Positions 23,390 through 30,418 of a stretch of 30,418 bases of DNA are shown here, piece by piece (the first letter of the stretch is position 1; each line of letters begins with the position of its first letter). Source of the DNA: Polyangiales bacterium (GTDB lineage: Bacteria > Myxococcota_A > Polyangia > Polyangiales > Houyiibacteriaceae); NCBI GenBank assembly GCA_045106895.1, contig JBGCFM010000277.1, positions 1 through 30,418 on the forward strand. The letters run 5' to 3'. The notes beneath the pieces were generated by a model. The model had not been told where the DNA came from and did no database searches. It saw only the letters and a list, made by a program, of their open reading frames with translations. The translations under genes and the position numbers were made by a program.

Positions 23390-25885
23390 TCAGACTACCT
23401 GGAAGGCGATTCTACCTTCGCTCACATGGAGCAGAACTTCATCCTTGGCGGAAAAGTCCCCTCGCAGGAGGCCCGTCGCCAAGAGTGACTCGATCTCCCG
23501 GCCGATCACCCGCTTCATCGGACGTGCGCCCAGCGCCGCGTCATAGCCACCTGCATCGATGAGGGCGCCAATGACTTCGTCCCCGATCTTGAGGACGACC
23601 CCCTGTTCCTTCATCGAACGGGCAACCTTGACCAAAAGACGTGACGCGATCTCCGAGACCTCGTCGCGGCTCAGTGGTGCGAAGAAGAGCGGCTCGTCGA
23701 TGCGGTTGAAGAGCTCCGGTGGGAGCGCAGCACGCACCGCGGCGAGCGCTTTGCCCGTGCGTCCATCCCCTCCACCGTCGCTGAAACCGATGCTGCGGCG
23801 CCCGCTCGCGGCGGCGCCGAGGTTGGAGGTCATGACGATGATCGCGTTGCTCGCGTCCACCGTGCGGCCCTTCGAGTCGCTGAGGCGCCCTTCGTCGAGG
23901 AGAGGCAAGAGCGAAAGAAGAACATCGGGGTGTGCCTTCTCGATCTCGTCGAGAAGAATGAGTTGATAGGGCGAGCGACGAATCGCGTCCGTTAGCTGAC
24001 CTCCGTCGTCATGACCGACGTAGCCAGGAGGTGCGCCGAAGAGCCGCGCGACGGCGTGCTTCTCGGAGAACTCGCTCATATCTAAACGAGTCATCCCAGT
24101 GCCAGGAAAGAAGACCTCGCTCATCGCCTTCGCCATCTCGGTCTTTCCGACGCCTGTCGGCCCAAGGAAGAGGAACGTCCCGAGAGGCCTCTTGCCACGG
24201 AACCCGGCGGCGGACTTACGCAGCGCATCAGAGATGGACGCGATGGCCGTGGTGTGCCCCACGACGCGCTGTCCAAGCAACGACTCGAGTTGCAAAAGCC
24301 GCTCTCCGTCACGCATCATCAGGCGCTCGAGCGGCACCTTCGCTCGCTCCGCGATCACCGAAGCAACGGCCTCACGATCGATGACGCTCTTTCCGCGCCG
24401 ACGAACGCGGGCTCCGGCGAGGTCGAGAACCCCGATGGCTTTGTCGGGCAGATGACTCTCGGGAAGAAACCGAACCGAGAGCTTCACCGCGGCTTCGATC
24501 GCCTCGTCTTCAATGCTCACGCCATGGTGCTCGGCGTAGCGAGGGGATACGCCTTGGAGGATCGTCACGGCGTCGGCTTCGCTCGGCTCGCCGACGCGGA
24601 TAGGTGAAAAACGCCGGACCAAAGCCGGGTCTTTTTCAAAGTAGCGTCGGTATTCGCGATCCGTCGTCGCGCCGATGCACGAGAGCTCGCCGCGCGCGAG
24701 ACCGGCTTTTAGCTCATGAGCGAGATCGTCGGCTCCCCCTTCGGGTCCGACGATGGCGTGGATTTCGTCGATGAAGAGCAAGACGCGCCCTTCGGCGAGG
24801 GCGAGCTCTTCGCGGAGCTTTGCCACCCGCTGAGCGAGCGCGCCTCGCACCCCGGTTCCGCTGATGAGCGCGCCGGCGGAAAGTTCCACGACGATGCGGT
24901 CCGCGAGGGGTCCCTCGGAGGTCGCCAGGTAACGCGCCATGCCTTCGACGATGGCGGTCTTTCCGACGCCGGGAGGACCGACGAGGATGGGGTTGTTGGA
25001 GCGACGTCGTGCGAGAACATCGAGGAGCGTCTGAATCTCCGTGTCGCGTCCAACCACGGGGTCAATGCCCCCGGCGCGGGCGCGCGCGCTGAGATCTCGA
25101 CCGTACTTGTGGAGCGTCGGAAAGCGCTCCGGGTCCAAGGTGAACTCTGCGGACACCTCGACGTCATTTGCCGCCTGTCCGGTCAGCGGATCGATGATGA
25201 TGGGATAGGCCGTCGCCAGCCGCTTCTTGTTGGTTCGAGCGTTTACCCCGCGACGCGCGACGGGCCGACTCGACTTCTTCGCCGTCGACGTCCTCGTTTT
25301 CGTTCGAGGCTGTGCCTCGCGTACCGCCTTGGGCTTCGTTCGACGCACCGGCGCGATAGCGCGCTTGGGAGCCATCGGCTGCGTCACAGATGGAGCTGCG
25401 CGCAGCTTCGGCCGGCGGGGGGTGTCTGTGGCCGCGGATGCTCGCTTCGCTTCCGCCCGAACCACCCGCGGCGCTCGCTTTTTTTCTGGGTTGGGGTCGC
25501 CGTTCAGCTGCTGCAACACCTGGTCGTGAATACGGCCAGCCCCCATGCCCATCTTCGTCAAGCTTCGATGACCCGCCGAGCGCGTGTCTCGCGTGATAGC
25601 CAAGAGCAGGTGCCAGGGCGTGTGCATTTGTCCGTAGCGCGCGGCGAGCTGTCGCGAGCGCTCGACGGCGCGGTCCAACGTGTTGAGGGCTTCATCATCG
25701 ATGACGCGCAACGCGTTGAGCAGGTCGGTTTCGCGAATCCCCTCCGCGCGGAGAAGACCCGAAACGTCGCTCTGCCCCTGAAGCATCACGAGGAGAAGGT
25801 GAGCCGTAGACGCTTGCTGCCCACGTTTTTGGGCGGCCCGCTCAGCTTGCGCCATCAGACTCTTGACCCCGGCCTCCATTCGCAT
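23390..25885 (-). CDS. ATP-dependent Clp protease ATP-binding subunit (ClpA/ClpC-like, no M domain)
   Basis: Clp N-domain (HLLL twice), two AAA+ modules (GPPGVGKT/FIDEIH and GPTGVGKT/LLDEIEK), GYVG, IGF loop and GARP. The start at 25885 has SD GAGGGAG. Confidence 0.93.
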   Translation of the reverse strand: MRMEAGVKSLMAQAERAAQKRGQQASTAHLLLVMLQGQSDVSGLLRAEGIRETDLLNALRVIDDEALNTLDRAVERSRQLAARYGQMHTPWHLLLAITRDTRSAGHRSLTKMGMGAGRIHDQVLQQLNGDPNPEKKRAPRVVRAEAKRASAATDTPRRPKLRAAPSVTQPMAPKRAIAPVRRTKPKAVREAQPRTKTRTSTAKKSSRPVARRGVNARTNKKRLATAYPIIIDPLTGQAANDVEVSAEFTLDPERFPTLHKYGRDLSARARAGGIDPVVGRDTEIQTLLDVLARRRSNNPILVGPPGVGKTAIVEGMARYLATSEGPLADRIVVELSAGALISGTGVRGALAQRVAKLREELALAEGRVLLFIDEIHAIVGPEGGADDLAHELKAGLARGELSCIGATTDREYRRYFEKDPALVRRFSPIRVGEPSEADAVTILQGVSPRYAEHHGVSIEDEAIEAAVKLSVRFLPESHLPDKAIGVLDLAGARVRRRGKSVIDREAVASVIAERAKVPLERLMMRDGERLLQLESLLGQRVVGHTTAIASISDALRKSAAGFRGKRPLGTFLFLGPTGVGKTEMAKAMSEVFFPGTGMTRLDMSEFSEKHAVARLFGAPPGYVGHDDGGQLTDAIRRSPYQLILLDEIEKAHPDVLLSLLPLLDEGRLSDSKGRTVDASNAIIVMTSNLGAAASGRRSIGFSDGGGDGRTGKALAAVRAALPPELFNRIDEPLFFAPLSRDEVSEIASRLLVKVARSMKEQGVVLKIGDEVIGALIDAGGYDAALGARPMKRVIGREIESLLATGLLRGDFSAKDEVLLHVSEGRIAFQVV

Positions 25886-26118
25886 CGCTACTCCCTCGGC
25901 GGCAAGAAGGAGCCACCCACGGACTACCCGTATCGACCTTCGCAAAAAGGGCCAACTTTCTCGCACGCGCGATCCTCTGTGCGGCAGTTTTCTTCGCCAA
26001 AAACCGCGCAAAAGCACGAAAACTCCGCCAAGTGAATGAACTTGAAGGTGCAGCGTCCAACACGCCCAACGTCGCCGCCGGTCATGGTAGGGTGCCGCCT
26101 TCAAGGAGAAGCTTTTCG

Positions 26119-26682
26119 ATGAACGCAGATCGCGGACGCAGCCTCAAACAGAAGACCCTTCGTTTTGCCCTCGCCCTCGGCGTGTCTGGGCTCCTCGCTG
26201 GCGCTTTTGGCCTCACCACGCCCTTCGATGCCGTGGCGGAAGCACAGCGAGGCCTTCGCGCACGCGTCTATCTGACGCAGGCTCGAATCCCTCGCTCTCT
26301 CACGGAGCGACGACTCATCAGCTTTGCGCGACGCCACAACGCGCGCAGACTTCAGGAGACTACCGACGCGCCGATTGCAGAGCGGGACTGGCGGGCCAAC
26401 ATGGTCACGGCCTTCAACCGCCCGGTGGGTGACCTCGAGTTCCAGGTACTCTTCTACGACATCGAGGACGGCGCGCGTCGATTTATCGGGCCCCCGATGA
26501 GCACCTTCATCAACAACCGCGAGGAGAAGACCTTCGTTCAGCGGATTCGCCTTGAGCGCCCACACTTCGACCCCAATCGTCGCATGGAGCTTGTGGTGAC
26601 GGTTCGTCGACAAGAAGTGGGTCGAGCCCGCTTTGAGGTCGTCGGCGAGCGGGTCCAACACAGCGGCGAAGTCACCTTCTAA
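26119..26682 (+). CDS. Exported Arg-rich hypothetical protein
   Basis: SD AAGGAG and TGGTAGGGT extended -10 upstream of the ATG at 26119. Signal peptide ending AEA; the mature part is beta-rich. Confidence 0.75.
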   Translation: MNADRGRSLKQKTLRFALALGVSGLLAGAFGLTTPFDAVAEAQRGLRARVYLTQARIPRSLTERRLISFARRHNARRLQETTDAPIAERDWRANMVTAFNRPVGDLEFQVLFYDIEDGARRFIGPPMSTFINNREEKTFVQRIRLERPHFDPNRRMELVVTVRRQEVGRARFEVVGERVQHSGEVTF

Positions 26683-26688
26683 AGCCGC

Positions 26689-27678
26689 TTGGCGGATCTT
26701 AAGACCATCCTTGCCGCCGCCGAGAGCGGCAAGCTCCAGCCTGTGTACGCCCTCGTGGGAAGCGAAGCGCTCCTCAACGACCGGGCCGTCACCGCGTTGC
26801 GCCTAGCGACCATCGGCGACGGCGGAATCCCGGGCTTCAACGAAGATGTCTTCCACGGCCGCGAGACGAACGGCGCCAGCGTGGCCGCCGCGGCGAGTAC
26901 GTTGCCGATGATGTCCGATCGACGTTTTGTCTTGGTTCGGCACGTCGACGCGATGAAGTCGAGCGTGGATGCGCTCACCGCGTACGTTACTGAGCCAAAC
27001 CCATCGACCTGCCTCGTGATGACGGCGACGAAGCTCAACGGCAGCACCAAGTTCGCGAAGGCCCTCAAGAAGAAGGGGTTCAGGCACGACATCAAACCAC
27101 TCAAGGGTGCTGGACTGCTGGACTTCGCTTCAGGGGAAGCTAAGCGCCGCGGACATTCGCTCGGCCGTGACGCAGGACATGCCCTCGTCGACGCCGTGGG
27201 GGACGACCTCGCCGCGCTGAACGACGCGCTGGAGCGTCTTTCGCTTTACGTGGGCGCAGGTCAACGCATCGATCAGAGCGCGATTCAAGCGTGCGTGACA
27301 CGGATTCGCGTCGACACCATCTGGGCGCTCGTGGACGCCGTCAGCCTGCGTGACCGGAAACGCGCGCTCGGCGCTGCCTCTTCGCTTCTGCAAGACCGAG
27401 AGCCTCCCCTTCGCATTCTTGCGATGCTCGCGCGACAGCTTCGTATCGTCGCACGAATGCGCGATGGCCTTGGCCGCGGGCTATCGCCGGAAGACGCCGC
27501 CAAGTACGCCGGCGCTCCACCCTTCAAGGCGCGCGACCTCAAAGAAGCCGCGCGACGCTTTCGCCTCAGCGACCTCACGCGCGCCTTCTCCACCATCGCC
27601 AAGACGGACCTTCTCCTCAAAGGCAGCAAGCAGCCGGGTGCTCTCGCATTGGAGCACGCCATCATTCAGCTCTGCTGA
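26689..27678 (+). CDS. holA: DNA polymerase III subunit delta
   Basis: TTG start; LQPVYALVGSE, TLPMMSDRRFVLV, VGDDL..L..ALERL.LY, IWALVDA, EPPLRILAMLARQLR and D..LKGS..LE. Confidence 0.92.
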   Translation: MADLKTILAAAESGKLQPVYALVGSEALLNDRAVTALRLATIGDGGIPGFNEDVFHGRETNGASVAAAASTLPMMSDRRFVLVRHVDAMKSSVDALTAYVTEPNPSTCLVMTATKLNGSTKFAKALKKKGFRHDIKPLKGAGLLDFASGEAKRRGHSLGRDAGHALVDAVGDDLAALNDALERLSLYVGAGQRIDQSAIQACVTRIRVDTIWALVDAVSLRDRKRALGAASSLLQDREPPLRILAMLARQLRIVARMRDGLGRGLSPEDAAKYAGAPPFKARDLKEAARRFRLSDLTRAFSTIAKTDLLLKGSKQPGALALEHAIIQLC

Positions 27679-27755
27679 AAAGCGACAGGCTGCTCCAGAG
27701 CTCATCTCATAACTACGCGCGGCCACATTGCGGCCGGAGCACGCCGCCTTCGGCT

Positions 27756-28631
27756 CTAGTCGCAGGCGTTCGGATCGCCCGGGGTCCCGAAGTTCCCGGC
27801 GCGGTACTCAAGGCCGGGCGCCATGTCCGTCGTGCACCAGTTCGCGGGGTCATCGTTACTCGCCGCCGTCGCAGTTCCGCGCGCCGGATCGAACTGCCAA
27901 GCCTGACCGCGCACGGCGTTGCCAAAGAGACGCGACTCAACGATCACCTCGTCGACGACATCGAGCAGGTTTGGAGGCTCGCTTCGGTCCCAGTCAGGAA
28001 CCATGAGGCGGAATCGCGTCGTCTCCGTCTCCGCGTTTGAAATGAGGATGTCGGAGTACACGTAGTCCGGGTCGCCCGCCCCGAAGAACCCGCCGTCGCT
28101 GCTTCCTAAGAGCACGCGCTCTCCGGGTTCCACGAAAAGAGTGTTCGCGATCGTATGTCGATCCGCGGAGACGTCCGGCTCGCCACCGACGAAGGAGATG
28201 TGCGTGAGGGTCACGCCGCTGAGATCGAGGACCCGGCCGCTCACGTTGAGAAGCTCAAGGTACTCCCCTTGCTCGTCCGTCGCGCGGACGGGGTTCCCTT
28301 GGATTTCGACGATGACCAAGTCGCCCGCCTGCGGAAGCAGTCCGCCAGGTCCGCCATCAGGAACCATCGCATCGCGTCCTGAATCCGGCGCTCCCGCGTC
28401 GACACTCGTGTCCGCGAGCATTGCAGCATCGAGGTCGATGGTGTCCGCCGATGCATCGACCATCGAGGGCGCATCCGCCCGTGCGTCCAGAGTCACGGAA
28501 TCACGGCCCACGGAAGCGTCAACGAACCCAGTCCGCCGGCCGTCGTCTGTGCACGCCGTCAGCGATAGAACGAGTGAAAGAATACAAAGACCGAGAGGGC
28601 GGGAGGACTGCATGCATTGCTTCTTTTGCAC
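27756..28631 (-). CDS. Lipoprotein with an Asp-Ala-rich linker and lamin-tail domain (start may be 28613)
   Basis: Lipobox LTAC and a DA/DG-rich spacer. GDLVIVEIQGNP...GEYLELLN.SG..LDLSG; terminal ND.ANWC...GTPG.PN.C. Confidence 0.85.
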   Translation of the reverse strand: MQKKQCMQSSRPLGLCILSLVLSLTACTDDGRRTGFVDASVGRDSVTLDARADAPSMVDASADTIDLDAAMLADTSVDAGAPDSGRDAMVPDGGPGGLLPQAGDLVIVEIQGNPVRATDEQGEYLELLNVSGRVLDLSGVTLTHISFVGGEPDVSADRHTIANTLFVEPGERVLLGSSDGGFFGAGDPDYVYSDILISNAETETTRFRLMVPDWDRSEPPNLLDVVDEVIVESRLFGNAVRGQAWQFDPARGTATAASNDDPANWCTTDMAPGLEYRAGNFGTPGDPNACD

Positions 28632-28708
28632 ATTCGTTAAGGCTCCGCATATGAACGTCTCGTCGCTCGCATCAGGGAATAGTTTGCGTCTTGGTCGGTT
28701 CGCGGCTC

Positions 28709-29077
28709 ATGCGCTTGCGCCACTCCTTCTACCTCTTCGCGTCACTCTTCGCATGCGGAGGTACAACCACCACGACAGCGACGCCGGATCCGCCCAGCTA
28801 CACCTGCGTGGAAGAACCCCAGTGTGGGACTGTTCCAGAGCGCGGCGACCCGTGCGAGCTCGCCTTGGCTCAAGAACGAGAACTGTATTCTCGGCTCTCG
28901 GCTCGTGGCATCCGGATGAGTCCAAGCAATCCAGAGCATTTTCAACGCTGCGCCGAAGCGACGCCAAGCGAGCAATGGTGCTGGGTCTCGGCCTACGCAT
29001 GTTCACACCCGTCGGAGTGCGAGCACGTCGTTCCCCCCCAAGGCATCTTCCAGTTCAGCATCGGTTCGTGTTTTTGA
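28709..29077 (+). CDS. Small Cys-rich lipoprotein
   Basis: MRLRHSFYLFASLFAC lipobox, Thr linker, and eight further Cys. Confidence 0.7.
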   Translation: MRLRHSFYLFASLFACGGTTTTTATPDPPSYTCVEEPQCGTVPERGDPCELALAQERELYSRLSARGIRMSPSNPEHFQRCAEATPSEQWCWVSAYACSHPSECEHVVPPQGIFQFSIGSCF

Positions 29078-29204
29078 ACTGGAGCCATGTGCCGAGTTGC
29101 GGATTCCGCTTCCGTCCAACCGGGAAGCACGCGGATACTCAGCATCGCTGGCGACGCAAACGGGAAGCGGAACCAAAACGACAGCTGCTGGGAACTTCGG
29201 CTTC

Positions 29205-30290
29205 TCAGACCATCGCGCTGGAAGGCACCTTCGGGTTTGCGCGAACATAGTCCACGAGCCGGCCCAGGTAGCTGTCGAAGTTCGGCACGCGAATGCCGGA
29301 TCCGTCGAGGTCTGCCAACGTATTCGTCGTGTCGTACTTCGTTGGATGGACGAAGTAGTCGACGGCGTCGGAGGGAAAACCGAAGAAAGGCTGAACGCCG
29401 GGCACCTTGTCGATGGCGGTCTTCGCGAGCTGCAATGGAAGAGGGATACGCAGCAGCTTCTTGCCGGTCTCGCGTTCCATGCCGTCGATGAGGGCCGCGA
29501 TGCTCAGCGGATCGGGATCCGCGAGCGCATAGGTCTTGCCCGTGCTCTTGATGAGACCGCTCAAGTGCGTGATGGCGTCGACGACGAACTCACGCGGAAC
29601 GAGGTTCATGTGATTCTGACGCGGCTTGCCGATGAGGGGCATCACCACGAAGGGCGTCGGCTGCCTCAGGATGTATCGAATCGCGAAGTAGGGACCGTCG
29701 TACTTCTGCGTCTCGCCCGTCGCCGAATCGCCGACGACGATGGCGGGCCGGTAGATGCTCGTCGGCACGGTCCCCATGCGCGCGCGAACTTCGACCTCCG
29801 CGAGGTGCTTGGTCTCTTCGTAGAAGTTATTGAAGCGCTGTCCTTTCTGAAGGTCAGCTTCCTTGAACGTGCCGTTGTGATGTCCGCTCACGTAGCAGGT
29901 GCTGATGTACTGATGTCGACGCAGTCCTCGGCAGCGCTCACAGAAATCGAGGATGTGTCGCGTGCCCTCCACGTTGACCTTCATCGCGAAGTCACGACCC
30001 ACGGCGAGATCGTAGACAGCCGCGAGGTGAAACACCTCCACGGTGTCCGCCGCGAGGGACTCGAGCTCAGCGCCGAGTCCGAGGTCTGGCTTCGTGATGT
30101 CGCCGGCGATGAGCTGAATACGACCCTTGAGATCGTGCTCAGCCTCGATGGACGCGCGCACCCGTTCGGCGTCCTTCATGTAGCGCTCCTGCACCAAACA
30201 CACCGCCGTGTGTTCTGTGCGCTTCAGAATGCGCGGCAAAAGTTCGCGGCCAAGAAACCCAGGAAAACCGGTAAAGAAGACCTTCGACAT
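29205..30290 (-). CDS. Extended SDR / NAD_binding_4 (thioester-reductase-like) oxidoreductase; alternative start at 30299
   Basis: TGFPGFLG, GDIT.P.LGL, HLAAVYD, NVEGT, YEETK and YRPAIVVGD..TG. Confidence 0.92.
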   Translation of the reverse strand: MSKVFFTGFPGFLGRELLPRILKRTEHTAVCLVQERYMKDAERVRASIEAEHDLKGRIQLIAGDITKPDLGLGAELESLAADTVEVFHLAAVYDLAVGRDFAMKVNVEGTRHILDFCERCRGLRRHQYISTCYVSGHHNGTFKEADLQKGQRFNNFYEETKHLAEVEVRARMGTVPTSIYRPAIVVGDSATGETQKYDGPYFAIRYILRQPTPFVVMPLIGKPRQNHMNLVPREFVVDAITHLSGLIKSTGKTYALADPDPLSIAALIDGMERETGKKLLRIPLPLQLAKTAIDKVPGVQPFFGFPSDAVDYFVHPTKYDTTNTLADLDGSGIRVPNFDSYLGRLVDYVRANPKVPSSAMV

Positions 30291-30335
30291 GTCTCTCATG
30301 TATGCGTCCCCTTGAGACGCGTCAACACACATCCG

Positions 30336-30418
30336 CTATCGAAGCAGATCGATGGCGGGATGAGCCTCCGGACGGAACATCGCGAACACGCGGCTCTGGA
30401 CGCCCTCTGCCGTTCCAA
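30336..30418 (-). CDS. Probable 3' end of a CDS entering from beyond the window
   Basis: The minus frame reads GTAEGVQSRVFAMFRPEAHPAIDLLR then TAG at 30336-30338, with mostly G/C third positions. Confidence 0.4.
   Translation of the reverse strand, partial: GTAEGVQSRVFAMFRPEAHPAIDLLR

Noticed and set aside
25886..26104. 73-aa extension of the Clp ORF, and the 26032 start of the next gene
   Set aside because: This is a divergent promoter region; SD-supported starts lie at 25885 and 26119.
26041..26105. CTTGAAGG/CCTTCAAG inverted pair as sigma-32 -35 boxes for clp
   Set aside because: There is no CCCCAT-like -10 at the proper spacing on either strand.
28141..29250. 369-aa plus ORF
   Set aside because: It is antisense to the lamin-tail gene and out of frame with the lipoprotein; it has no coherent features.
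29075..29491. Selenocysteine read-through of the TGA at 29075 into the in-frame ORF 29087-29491
   Set aside because: There is no Sec-type redox motif or clear SECIS, and the extension would overlap the convergent SDR gene by about 290 nt.
30291..30325. TTGACG-N17-TACATG-N6-ATG as a leaderless promoter for the SDR gene
   Set aside because: The -10 lacks the final T, and an AAGGGG SD equally supports a start at 30299; it cannot be resolved from sequence.

Overview
A high-GC, gene-dense bacterial chromosome segment. The gene content points to Myxococcota (probably Polyangiales): an HRDVSPSN-type Ser/Thr kinase, a DUF4388/PatA-type signalling protein, giant TPR proteins, lipoproteins with Asp-Ala-rich linkers and a sigma-32-family paralogue. 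I find about 21 complete CDS and two truncated CDS at the edges. I see no rRNA, tRNA, CRISPR array, phage or transposase. In order: a sigma-32-family sigma factor behind an apparent sigma-54 promoter and enhancer; a MshEN-like/HD-GYP/REC/DUF4388 protein with degenerate sites; a five-gene translationally coupled operon (lipoprotein, mlaE, small protein, ABC permease, ABC ATPase); a lipoprotein, an SDR and a hypothetical gene; a 12.5-kb operon of two paralogous giant TPR proteins, a catalytically dead metallophosphoesterase-fold protein, nadD and a DUF2520 gene; a Ser/Thr kinase; an atypical ClpA/C ATPase; an exported protein with holA; two lipoproteins; and an extended SDR. The best candidate for an undescribed system is the TPR-TPR-pseudophosphoesterase module. 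All family calls come from reading motifs by eye, not from database searches.
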